Counted from the first letter of the stretch, positions 1 to 9,114 are shown. The stretch is DNA of 64,000 nt from SAR202 cluster bacterium (GCA_016872285.1 VGZZ01000007.1:180-64179); one strand, 5' to 3'. The notes: generated from the letters alone by a model not told the origin. Made by a program: numbers and translations.

Positions 1-351
1 CACCGTCTCCATTGGCCCAGCCTTGTCGTCCGTCGTAAACATTCTGGACAACGCCTTCTTCGGCGACACCGCGTAATGGTCTATCGAGTACACCTGCTTC
101 GACGATACCTGATAATAGACCGTAAATCCCGCCCCAAAAATCCCCGTCGACGACGGCTCCGTCACCGCCTGCGCAAAGGCCGTCGCCACCGCCGCATCCA
201 CCGCGTTCCCTCCCCTCGCTAGCACCTCCACCCCCGCCAGCGATGCCAGCGCGCTGTTAGACGCCACCACCCCCCGGCTCCCCACCACCTCCCTCTTCTG
301 GCACTTGAACCCGAAGCCAGGTTTACTCCCTATCTCATCATGCTTCGCCAT
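1..351 (-). CDS. gamma-glutamyltransferase family protein, N-terminal part (3' end runs off window)
   Basis: Own reverse translation from ATG at 349-351: MAKHDEIGSKPGFGFKCQKREVVGSRGVVASNSALASLAGVEVLARGGNAVDAAVATAFAQAVTEP..., a typical GGT N-terminus. Open to position 1, so absent from the ORF track. Confidence 0.7.
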   Translation of the reverse strand, partial: MAKHDEIGSKPGFGFKCQKREVVGSRGVVASNSALASLAGVEVLARGGNAVDAAVATAFAQAVTEPSSTGIFGAGFTVYYQVSSKQVYSIDHYAVSPKKALSRMFTTDDKAGPMETV

Positions 352-447
352 ATTAGGTCTCCTCTATTACTTGTCCCCCGCGCCGCAAAGCCACCGACAG
401 GGCCTATGCCGCCCCGATGTGTCGGGGCGGTAGGGTACTACATCCCA

Positions 448-1740
448 TCATGTCACCGCCAAAGGATCCCTCTTGGCCTCCCCCCTCGGCGGCCTCACCG
501 TCAAAATCAGCGCCCCGCACACCAGCACCATCACCCCCATCGCCAGGAACGGTATGGTGTACGACCCTCGCAAGTCATACATCAGTCCCGCCAAAAGCGG
601 CATCGCGACGCTCCCCGCGTTCATCGGAATCATCGATATTCCCAAAATCGTCCCGAAGGACTTTCGCCCGAAATACTCCCCTCGAATCGTCGTCGCCGCC
701 GGCGCCCGGCCCCCGTGCGCCGCCCCCTGCAGCACCGCAAATACCATCGCCATCATCAGGCTGTCCACCATCAGCAGGAACAGTACCGCCAGTCCCTGCA
801 TAATCATGAACCCGAATATCACGTACCGCTTATCGACTCGGTCTCCCAGCCACCCGCCCACCACCTGAAAACACGCCGCCACCGACGTCATCACCAGCAC
901 CACCATCCCCGCCAGCGGCAGCGACATCCCCTGGTCGTGCAAATGCGGCACCAGGTGCAGCGCCAGCGTCGTCACCATTATCCCCGTCCCCGCGTGCGAC
1001 AGCGCGATGCCCCAGAACGCCCACGTACGCATCGCCTCCCGCGCCGTCATCTCCGGAGCTGATGACACCGCCATCACACTCGTATCCGTCTTCGGTGCCT
1101 CCGAGTCTCCATCCGGCCTCAGCCCCATCCGCTCCGGTCTGTCCCGCACCAGCATCGCCACCGGCAGCGCCAGCATCAGCACAAACACGCCGATTCCTCC
1201 CGCCACCCATCGCCACCCGTGAGTAACAATTCCCCACGCTATCAGCGGCACCAGCGCTCCTCCCACCGACCCTCCCAGCATTACTACCGCCATCGCTCTG
1301 CTTCGGTTCCTCGCGAACCAATGATTGATCATCGTGGCGATGGGCACGTACCCGCCCAGCCCCGCGCCGCTGGTAATGACAACGTAGACAAAATAAAACG
1401 GCACCGGATGGCTCACCGTCGTGAACAGCAAAAACCCGACGCCGCAAATCAGCAGCCCCGTCGTCAGCGTCCGCCGTGACCCCATCCGGTCCGCCAGCAC
1501 GCCCTCGAAAGGCCCCATCAGCGCCCCTTCCGCCCGCGCTATGGAAAATGCCCCCGAAAGCAGCGTCCGGCTCCACCCAAAGTCCTCCTCCAGCGCCACC
1601 AGGAACGTCCCCGTCGACTGCCACGTCACCGCCGATATAAACGTCATGCTCAGCGCCCCGGCCGCCGCCACCCACCACCCATAAAACACCTTCCGCGACG
1701 TCTTGGCCCGTTTGCCTACCGCCGCCTCACTCCTAGCCAT
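448..1740 (-). CDS. MFS transporter
   Basis: 430 aa with about 12 hydrophobic segments. The N-terminal FYGWWVAAAGALSMTF and D-R-x-G-R-R-like 'ADRMGSRR' loop are typical of MFS. Confidence 0.85.
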   Translation of the reverse strand: MARSEAAVGKRAKTSRKVFYGWWVAAAGALSMTFISAVTWQSTGTFLVALEEDFGWSRTLLSGAFSIARAEGALMGPFEGVLADRMGSRRTLTTGLLICGVGFLLFTTVSHPVPFYFVYVVITSGAGLGGYVPIATMINHWFARNRSRAMAVVMLGGSVGGALVPLIAWGIVTHGWRWVAGGIGVFVLMLALPVAMLVRDRPERMGLRPDGDSEAPKTDTSVMAVSSAPEMTAREAMRTWAFWGIALSHAGTGIMVTTLALHLVPHLHDQGMSLPLAGMVVLVMTSVAACFQVVGGWLGDRVDKRYVIFGFMIMQGLAVLFLLMVDSLMMAMVFAVLQGAAHGGRAPAATTIRGEYFGRKSFGTILGISMIPMNAGSVAMPLLAGLMYDLRGSYTIPFLAMGVMVLVCGALILTVRPPRGEAKRDPLAVT

Positions 1741-1860
1741 GTTTTCCTGTTTCGCTCATTAATACGCTCTAGTGCACTCGCAATTTGATATCGGCCAACG
1801 TGTTATATGCTGCCCATTTCGTCTAGCCGACTACATCTTACTGAAGCCTCCATATCTGGT

Positions 1861-1956
1861 TCCTCTCCCTTGACGGGAGAGGATTATTGAACACCTTAAG
1901 TCATATTAAATTTGAAATCCCGATGCTAATCGGGAAGGTGAGGGTGAAACCCTAGC
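1861..1956 (-). repeat. intergenic hairpin repeat, family A (reverse orientation)
   Basis: 'tcctctcccttgacgggagagga' hairpin plus '..cccgatgctaatcgggaaggtgagggtgaaaccctag', the reverse complement of the 32088 and 20114 copies. Confidence 0.8.
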
Positions 1957-2050
1957 TCCACGCTCCGTCCGCCAGGCTCAACTACACCTCTCATGGCTTC
2001 TCTTTCCTTCTCAAGCTTCCCGCGGAGAAAGCTAAATGATGGGGTCTTCC

Positions 2051-3148
2051 CTAACTGTGACACCCCCTCGCCGCTATATCCCACACCGCCTCCACCCTAC
2101 CATCCCTCACCGCCACAAACCGATCCCATCGATTCACCATAATATCCTGCTGCCCCGGCACCAGCATAAACTTCTCCCCCACTCTCATCCTTGCACCCTC
2201 CGACAGCCTCAAAATCGTATGCTCCGCATGTAATGACTCTACCTCTACCCCTTTCCTTCCATCTACCGTCGGCAACCCGCGAGGCGTCCCCACCGCCTTT
2301 ATCCCCACGTCCCCAATCGCGCGCCCCGGCCGGTTCGCGCTGATCACTGTCCCCAAAATCTTCGCCGCCGGCCTGAAGTCCGACATGTACCCGTAGTACC
2401 CCTCCATCAGCAGATACGTCCCTCCCTGCACCTCTGTCACACCTGGTATCTCCCCCGCTACGTCGTAGCTCCACGTCTCCCCCGTCGATACCACCTCCAC
2501 CGGCAACCCATCCCTCTCTATCGCCGCCTTCAAATCCAAGACCTTGTGCATAATCCGACGCCCCCCCAGCACCCTCGTCTCCCGGTCAGAAGTCGGCGGT
2601 ATGCTCTGATGGCTCATGATGCCCTTGAACCGAAGCCCCGGCAGCGACGCGATTTCCCTCGCCAGCCTCACTCCCTCCTCGATGCTCCTCACACCGCACC
2701 GTCCCATCTGCGTATCCACCTCCACTAGCACACCGACCTCCACCGCCTCCGACGCCATGGCCTCCGACAGCTCGCGAGCGTTCCGTTCGTCGTCGCACCC
2801 CACCGACATCTCCGCCACCCTCGCCAGCGCCGCCAGCCGCCGAATCTTGTCCTTCGACACCACCTGGTTCGCAATCAATATATCGTCGATGCCGCTGGCC
2901 ACCATCACCTCCGCCTCCGACACCTTGGCGGCGCACACTCCGCCCACCGTGCCGCCCATCCTAATCTGCATGTGCGCCAGCACCGGCGTCTTATGGTTCT
3001 TCACATGCGGCCTCAGCTTCGCCTTCTTATCCGAGTAATACCGCGCCATCACCCCCATGTTATGCTCCACCGACTCCATGTCCAGCAGCAAACACGGCGT
3101 ATCCAGATCCTCCACCGGCGTCCCCACCAACGGCCTCATCGCTTCCAT
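2051..3148 (-). CDS. D-TA family PLP enzyme (D-serine deaminase / D-threonine aldolase-like, alanine racemase N-domain)
   Basis: 365 aa. Has 'LDTPCLLLD' and the PLP-lysine context 'LRPHVKNHKTP'. Paralogous to 3328..4437. Confidence 0.85.
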   Translation of the reverse strand: MEAMRPLVGTPVEDLDTPCLLLDMESVEHNMGVMARYYSDKKAKLRPHVKNHKTPVLAHMQIRMGGTVGGVCAAKVSEAEVMVASGIDDILIANQVVSKDKIRRLAALARVAEMSVGCDDERNARELSEAMASEAVEVGVLVEVDTQMGRCGVRSIEEGVRLAREIASLPGLRFKGIMSHQSIPPTSDRETRVLGGRRIMHKVLDLKAAIERDGLPVEVVSTGETWSYDVAGEIPGVTEVQGGTYLLMEGYYGYMSDFRPAAKILGTVISANRPGRAIGDVGIKAVGTPRGLPTVDGRKGVEVESLHAEHTILRLSEGARMRVGEKFMLVPGQQDIMVNRWDRFVAVRDGRVEAVWDIAARGCHS

Positions 3149-3165
3149 TGCTACCTCTCCCTTAC

Positions 3166-3250
3166 GTCATTTCGAGCGCAGTCGAGAAACCTCAGCGTCC
3201 CTGGGACTCCAACGCTACATGCAACTGGCTACGGTTCTTCGGCGTTACAT
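3166..3250 (-). repeat. intergenic repeat, family C (reverse orientation)
   Basis: 'gtcatttcgagcgcagtcgagaaacctcagcgt..acgctacat' shared with 43003..43050. Confidence 0.7.
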
Positions 3251-3327
3251 GCCAACCCAACGCACTTCCAGATCTACCTCCCAACCATAACAAAGCTAGC
3301 AAAGCAAAAGGTGCAGGACACGTCCTG

Positions 3328-4437
3328 CTAGTCATATCGACCCCTTGCGCTCACCTCCCACACTCCCACCAACCGGCCATCCTCCACCACATTCACATAG
3401 TCATATAGATTCATACAGATCTCGCTGTCATGCGGCGTAAGCCACACCTTTCTCCCCAGGTCCAGCCTCCCGTCATCCCTGCCCTCGATTCCGATAATCC
3501 CATGCTCCGCGCTGCAACGCTTCACCGACGCCCCCTTTATTCCCTCCAGCATCGGCAGCCCCTCGTCCGCGCCGATCCCCTTCTGCCCCACATCCACCAC
3601 CGACACCGACGGCTCCGGGTGGCTGATAACCGTCCCCAGCACCTTCAGCGCCATCTTCAACTGCGGTCGGTATGAGCGATAAAAATTGTCCATCAGCGCA
3701 TACGATCCCGCCTGCACCTCCGTCACCCCCTCCATCGATCCCGCCACCTCATATCCATGCGTCCCTCCGACGCTCACTACCCCCACCTCCATACCCTCCC
3801 TCTCCACCATCTGCCGAGTGTCCAGAACCCGCTGTATGGCCGACCGCACCTCTTTCTCGGTATCCGCAAAGTCCTTATGCAGCACGCATCCTTCGTACCC
3901 CATCAGCCCCGCAAACCGCAGCCCCCGCGATTTAACCACCACCTTCGCCAGCGACACTGCCTCCTTCCCCGGCGGCACTCCGCACCTACCTAGACGGCAA
4001 TCGATGTCCACCAGCACGTCCAGCGTCGCCCCCGCCGACACCGCCGCCTCCGACAGGTCCCTCACATTCTCTTCAGAGTCCACCGGCACGCTTATCTTTA
4101 TCGTCTTCGCCAGCGCACACAGCCTCGCAATCTTCGACTTCATCACCACCTCGCTGGCGACCAAAATGTCCTTGAATCCGTGCTGGCTTAACACCTCCGC
4201 CTGTCCCACCTTCGCCACGCACACCCCTCCCATGGTGCCACCCGCCGCCAGCTGCATCAGCCCCAGCGACGGGCACAAATGCGCCTTCATGTGCGGCCTC
4301 AGCTTCGCCGGCCTCCCCATGAAAAACCCGTGTACTGTATGCAAGTTATGCCGCAGTGACGCCAGGTCTATCACCACCCCTGGCGTGTCCAGCTCCTCCG
4401 CCGCCGTCCCAATCGCCCTATATCCCGGCCTCTCCAT
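3328..4437 (-). CDS. D-TA family PLP enzyme (paralog)
   Basis: 369 aa. Has 'LDTPGVVIDL' and 'LRPHMKAHLCP'. Same architecture as 2051..3148. Confidence 0.85.
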   Translation of the reverse strand: MERPGYRAIGTAAEELDTPGVVIDLASLRHNLHTVHGFFMGRPAKLRPHMKAHLCPSLGLMQLAAGGTMGGVCVAKVGQAEVLSQHGFKDILVASEVVMKSKIARLCALAKTIKISVPVDSEENVRDLSEAAVSAGATLDVLVDIDCRLGRCGVPPGKEAVSLAKVVVKSRGLRFAGLMGYEGCVLHKDFADTEKEVRSAIQRVLDTRQMVEREGMEVGVVSVGGTHGYEVAGSMEGVTEVQAGSYALMDNFYRSYRPQLKMALKVLGTVISHPEPSVSVVDVGQKGIGADEGLPMLEGIKGASVKRCSAEHGIIGIEGRDDGRLDLGRKVWLTPHDSEICMNLYDYVNVVEDGRLVGVWEVSARGRYD

Positions 4438-4523
4438 GGACTATTCTCTCCTCGTCAGGTACTAAACGTATGGGCGAGTCACAGACCCGCCCTGTCACAT
4501 CTCATTCTCTATCCCTGCCACAC

Positions 4524-5645
4524 CTACCCCTTAACCCCGTAATATTTCGCGCAGTTGTCCCACAAAATCTTCCGCTTGCTCTTATCGCTGATGTCATTCT
4601 CCAGGAAGCTCTCCACCGCATGCGGGTACTTGGAGTCCGGGTGCGGCCAGTCCGTCGAGTACACGATGTTGTCGTCACCCATGTATTCGATGACCTGCTT
4701 CACAAACCTCTCGTCCGACTCCGCCGACACCACGCACTGCCGCTTGAAATACTCGCTGGGCTCCTCCGGCAGCTCCTCAGGCGTCACTCCAAACTGTATC
4801 TCGTAATGGTCGTCCATCCGCTCCATAATCCACGGCGCCCACCCGCAGTTGGCCTCCAAAAACGCCACCCGCAGCTTCGGGTGCCGATGCATCACACCAC
4901 CGCCACACATCGACATCACCGCCAGCATCATCTCCATGGAATGACACGCGATGTGCCTCAGGAACGCGTTGTCCCCAAACCGGTCCCCCACCTGCGGCAG
5001 CAGCGACCCTATCCCCTCATGGAACCCCAGGGATACGTCCATCTCCTCCACCGCCGACCACAGCGGCTCGTAGTACGGCTCGTACCAGTTCCGACCGTGC
5101 ACCGGGTTGGGCCTCAAAAACACTGCCTTGAAACCCAGTTCTTTCACGGCTCGACGCGCCTCGCTTACCGCCAGCTCCACGTCGTGGGGCGGCACCATGG
5201 CCGCCGCCAGCATCCGCTTTCTATCGACGGCGCAGTAGTCGTAAAGCCAGTTGTTGTACGCCTGGCACACCGCCAGCGCGAACTCCGGCTCCATCTCGTC
5301 CAGGGCCATGGAATACAGCCCTAGCGTCGGGTACGACACCGTCACGTCGATGCCCTCCGCGTCCATAGCCTCGATTTGCGTCTCCGGCGCCCACTTCCGC
5401 TGCGCGAAGGTCTTGTACTTCTGCGTGTACTTCTTCTGCTCCGGCGTCCTAAACTGCCGCTTGCCGATGCCGAGGGGCCACGGCATGTACTTCCCGTCCA
5501 CGGAATACAGCCATCCCCCCACTCCCAGCACTCCACCCTTCGGGGCCCTGGACTTGTATTTGGGGTCGATGTAGCGCTCCCACAGGTCCAGCGGCTCCAT
5601 CAGATGCATATCGCTGTCCAGTACCTTGAACCCCTGCTTAGCCAT
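4524..5645 (-). CDS. amidohydrolase-2 family protein (ACMSD-like)
   Basis: 373 aa. The 'VLDSDMHLMEP' metal motif, the C-terminal 'YSTDWPHPD' and SD AGGAG upstream support the call. Confidence 0.85.
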   Translation of the reverse strand: MAKQGFKVLDSDMHLMEPLDLWERYIDPKYKSRAPKGGVLGVGGWLYSVDGKYMPWPLGIGKRQFRTPEQKKYTQKYKTFAQRKWAPETQIEAMDAEGIDVTVSYPTLGLYSMALDEMEPEFALAVCQAYNNWLYDYCAVDRKRMLAAAMVPPHDVELAVSEARRAVKELGFKAVFLRPNPVHGRNWYEPYYEPLWSAVEEMDVSLGFHEGIGSLLPQVGDRFGDNAFLRHIACHSMEMMLAVMSMCGGGVMHRHPKLRVAFLEANCGWAPWIMERMDDHYEIQFGVTPEELPEEPSEYFKRQCVVSAESDERFVKQVIEYMGDDNIVYSTDWPHPDSKYPHAVESFLENDISDKSKRKILWDNCAKYYGVKG

Positions 5646-5731
5646 TACCGTTCACTCCTATTTCTAGCTTTTGGCGTCTTTCCAGCGAGGTCTCACTATA
5701 TATCCACAGGCATGGCGACGTCACTATAGGC

Positions 5732-6283
5732 CTAGGGTTTGAGGGCGTCCTCGAAGAGGGCGGCGAGGATGTCCGCCAGGAAGAGGACGATGAGGCCGAG
5801 GACGACGACGGTGGTGGCGCTGGAGGCTATGGCGAGCCATCTGGATGGAGGGTTGGGGGAGTCGTGGGGGTAGGAGCGGGAGCGGAGGAATCGGACCAGG
5901 TAGAACATGTAGAGGGCGAGGGCGATTTTGACGGCGAGGACGACGGCGTAAGCGGGGCCGGCGAAGTTGGAGGTGAGCCGGTGGAAGGTGAGGATGACGC
6001 CGGTGACCAGGAGGACACCCATGGCGGTGTAGACCAAGGCGCGGAAGTCGGCGGCGATGGAGGAGGGGTTAGATTCTTCGGCTACGTCCGGGTACGGACT
6101 TCCCCGTTCGGCTTCGCTCAGGGCTAAAGGCTCACCAGGACTCGCCCCGATGGCATTGGGACTCGGCCCCCGCCTTTTAGGGCGGAGGATAAGGAGGTAG
6201 AAGAGGCCGCCGCCGACCCAGGCAACGGCGGAGATGTTGTGGAGCCATCTTATTAGGAGGAGGAGGATGTCGGTGGGGGACAT
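5732..6283 (-). CDS. integral membrane protein (4 TM, CopD-like?) carrying a repeat-derived loop
   Basis: 183 aa with four hydrophobic helices. The TM1-TM2 loop is encoded by a family C repeat copy (see findings). Confidence 0.6.
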   Translation of the reverse strand: MSPTDILLLLIRWLHNISAVAWVGGGLFYLLILRPKRRGPSPNAIGASPGEPLALSEAERGSPYPDVAEESNPSSIAADFRALVYTAMGVLLVTGVILTFHRLTSNFAGPAYAVVLAVKIALALYMFYLVRFLRSRSYPHDSPNPPSRWLAIASSATTVVVLGLIVLFLADILAALFEDALKP

Positions 6284-6357
6284 TAGCCGCCGTCGTCCTG
6301 GGAATGGGAGATAACAGCACCCTCATCGAGCATAGAGATACCAGCGTCTTTTTAGTC

Positions 6358-6500
6358 GGGATACCATCCCCTGGCCCCTTTCCCGACTGCATCGGGACTG
6401 AGTACAGCCTGCTGGAAGGGGAAGAGAAAGTAGGATCACCTCATCATCCCCTAGCCCCTTCTTCTCCTTTGCAATAGGAGAAGAAGGGGGACCTGAGGAG
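6358..6500 (+). repeat. mosaic hairpin repeat, family B
   Basis: Head 'gggataccatcccctggcccc', hairpins 'ccttctt..gcaat..aagaagg', tail 'acctgaggag'. Near-identical modules occur at 11487, 24960, 28688 and 54624(rc). Confidence 0.85.
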
Positions 6501-6510
6501 AACCGCCCAC

Positions 6511-7779
6511 CTAGCCACCGCTTCCAGGGGAGGAGGGAGCGCCAGAGGAAGCTTGGTCTTCTTCCAGGAGGCGGCGGGCGTAGGTTAACAGTTTTTCTTT
6601 GCGGGCGGGGTCTGTGTTTTTGGAGTCCAGGTAGAGGGCGAGGGCTTTGAGGGGAGGGAGGCCTTCCGCCACGTCTGGAGCGATGCGGGTGCGGCGCTCT
6701 TCTTCCACGTTTCGGTAGATGGCGGCGATGATGTGGGCGTCTTTCAGGGCGTCGCGGAGGGGAGCGTCGCGGAGGTGGAGGTTCTGGTCGGCGGTGAGGT
6801 TGACGCGGAGGCGGACGATGGCACCGGCGACATGATAGCGAGAGATGGCGTGGAGGACGTGGGTGGTGGGGTCGTCGCTGGCTTTGGGGATGTCGATTTC
6901 GATGGTGAGGAACTGGCGGGCGTTGACTTGCTTGAACTCGAAGGAGGTCATGCGCTGGCCCTGGGGGCGGGAGGGGTCGAGGTCGATGAGGCAGAAGCCC
7001 TTGGGCTGGGACTCTTCGCCGAAGTCGACGCGCTGGAGGCTGCCGGAGTAGGCCATGGTGGGGTTCTGCCGCAGCACCTGGTGCTTGTGGATGTGGCCGA
7101 GGGCGATGTAGTCAAAGCAGGGCAGGTGTAGGGCGCCGGGCATGAGCCAGTGGTCCTGGCCGAGCATCATGGCGCGCTCCGAGCCGATGGCGGCGCCCTG
7201 GACGGTGACGTGGGCAGCGAGGATGGCGGGAAGGCGCGGGTCCAGCTTGTCCGCCTGCTGCCGGATGCCCTGGGTGAACCGGTCCTGGATGAGCTGGTTG
7301 ACCTGGTCGATGGTCAAGCCGGCCGTGTCATCGTGCGAAAGGAGGCGGGAGCGTCGGGGCCAGGGGAGGGCGACGATTTGGAGGGGGCCTTGGGCGGTGG
7401 TGAGTCGATAGGTAGTCAGGGTGTCCCCGACATGGACGTTGGGGACTTTGAGGGTGGGGAAGATCTCCACGGCGTTGGCGCGCCCGACGGAGTGGGGGAG
7501 GTCATGGTTGCCGACGAGGAGGAAGACGGGGATGCCGGCGGCGGAGAGCTTGGCGAGGCGGGCGGCCAGCTCTTTCTGCTGGGTCTGGGAAGGGTCTCGC
7601 GACTTGTAGGCGTCGCCGGCCAGGAGGACGAGGTGGACGCCGCTGCTCAGGGCGAAGTTTACGATTTCATCCAGGGCGGAGAGGAAGTCCTGGAGGCGGG
7701 AGGAGAGGCCGGTGGAGGGGTCGAGCCGGCCATAGTTCTCGACGCCGATGTGGAGGTCTGAGAAGTGGAGGATACGCAT
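6511..7779 (-). CDS. sbcD: exonuclease SbcCD subunit D / Mre11-like metallophosphoesterase
   Basis: Starts 'MRILHFSDLHIG', with 'LLAGDAYK' and 'VGNHD' motifs. Start moved from the track's 7863 to ATG 7777-7779, because the extension crosses a duplicated pseudo-start. No sbcC is adjacent. Confidence 0.85.
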   Translation of the reverse strand: MRILHFSDLHIGVENYGRLDPSTGLSSRLQDFLSALDEIVNFALSSGVHLVLLAGDAYKSRDPSQTQQKELAARLAKLSAAGIPVFLLVGNHDLPHSVGRANAVEIFPTLKVPNVHVGDTLTTYRLTTAQGPLQIVALPWPRRSRLLSHDDTAGLTIDQVNQLIQDRFTQGIRQQADKLDPRLPAILAAHVTVQGAAIGSERAMMLGQDHWLMPGALHLPCFDYIALGHIHKHQVLRQNPTMAYSGSLQRVDFGEESQPKGFCLIDLDPSRPQGQRMTSFEFKQVNARQFLTIEIDIPKASDDPTTHVLHAISRYHVAGAIVRLRVNLTADQNLHLRDAPLRDALKDAHIIAAIYRNVEEERRTRIAPDVAEGLPPLKALALYLDSKNTDPARKEKLLTYARRLLEEDQASSGAPSSPGSGG

Positions 7780-8530
7780 ATGAGGTATTTTCTCATATCG
7801 TGGGGTTAGAGGGGAGGTCTGAGAAGTGGAGGATTCGAGCCGATGGGCATCGGCTTCCGCCAATCATATGAGTAGAATCAAGGTGGCGGACATGGGGATT
7901 TTCTCATATTTGGGAAGGGGGAGGGAGGGTTTTGGGTGAGGGGATTGCGGGGGAAGGTGGGAGCGGAGGGTAGTGGTGGGGGGTAGGCCCTACCGCACCT
8001 TGAAAGGTGCGGCATAGGCCTTGTTGGCGGCTGTGCAGCGCACCGCGGGCCTGGAATTTTTTTGAGATTTTGCGGCTAAGAAGTTTTTTCAAAACTACCT
8101 ATGGGTTATTCGTCTCAGCTAAAAAATTTTTTGAGGGAACGAATGGGGATTTCAGGCGTGAGTCAGGCGTGGATTCGTTTCATTTGTTCTTATTCGTTTT
8201 CCGGACCTCCCGAGTAAAAGTCTTTTTTTCGAGAACGAATAAGGGCGCCAAGCGTGAATTAGGCACGGATTCGTTTTCTTTCCCAGGCGTGGAATTTGAT
8301 AAATCTTAAGGAGCGGGATAGGGACTGGTGGAATAGTTGGGGGGGCAGGTCCGATTCCATCGGACTCCTCCGATTTTATGTTCAGGCTGTGCAAGGAGGT
8401 TGTTTCTCTAAAAATGGGGTGGTTTTGTGCCTAAAGTGGCTAAAAACAACCTAAACAACCTTCCCGATTGGTCCGCCAGAAGCGGAGGATTTCGCGATTG
8501 CACAGAGCTAAGGCACTGACCTGAATGCAT

Positions 8531-8974
8531 TTAGCTTCTCATTTGGTTCTGGAGGTAGGTGAGGTAGGCGATGGCGCGGACGGTTTTGATGATGAGTTCT
8601 TCAGGGGGGTTGGGGCTGGCGAAGAGGTTATGGAGCTTGACTCGCATGAGGGTGATTTCTTCTTCCAGGTCGTTGTGGCTGATGAGCTGCATTTCGTTGA
8701 AGAGGGCCTGGTCTTTGGGAGGGAGGGACTTGGAGTAGTACCCGTGCTTCCGGGCGTTCTGGTTTCCAAGGGGCGCGCCGCCGCGGTTTTTAGGGGGGTC
8801 GGCGGAAGGGGCTTTGGCTTCTTGCGCATTTGCCCTGGCCTGGAATTCGGCGAAGGCCTGGGGTATGGAGTCGGCGTAGGCGCGGACTTCGTCCCGAAGC
8901 CTGTCGTGGTCGGAGATGTGGGAGCGGAGGGCGGGGTCCAGGGGTGGGGCGTAGCCGTTGGAGTTGGTGGACAT
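8531..8974 (-). CDS. hypothetical protein, phage/mobile-element-like (GNxNAxKHG motif, terminase-small-subunit-like)
   Basis: 147 aa with 'GGAPLGNQNARKHGYYSK' followed by a helical region. SD 'AAGGAG' lies upstream. The functional call is tentative. Confidence 0.5.
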   Translation of the reverse strand: MSTNSNGYAPPLDPALRSHISDHDRLRDEVRAYADSIPQAFAEFQARANAQEAKAPSADPPKNRGGAPLGNQNARKHGYYSKSLPPKDQALFNEMQLISHNDLEEEITLMRVKLHNLFASPNPPEELIIKTVRAIAYLTYLQNQMRS

Positions 8975-9114
8975 GCTGGCTCCTTAGTCGAACATCAGTT
9001 CTTGTAAGGATAGGGGAAGGGAGGGGGTTGGGTCAAGGGGAGGATGGCAGGGGGAGGGGGGAGAAAACGAGGAGTAGGTGGTTGCCGGATGGCGAAGGCT
9101 AGGTTGCTGTCATA

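Noticed and set aside
6290-6510. Possibility that the recurring hairpin repeats are a CRISPR array.
   Set aside because: The copies are dispersed singly across intergenic regions. They have no constant-length direct repeats alternating with unique spacers, and no cas genes are in the window.
8152-8394. 80-aa minus-strand ORF inside the AT-rich iteron-like block.
   Set aside because: Its translation merely mirrors the DNA repeats (KTNPCLIHAW.. / ..ETNPRLTHA). It has no RBS and low-complexity composition.
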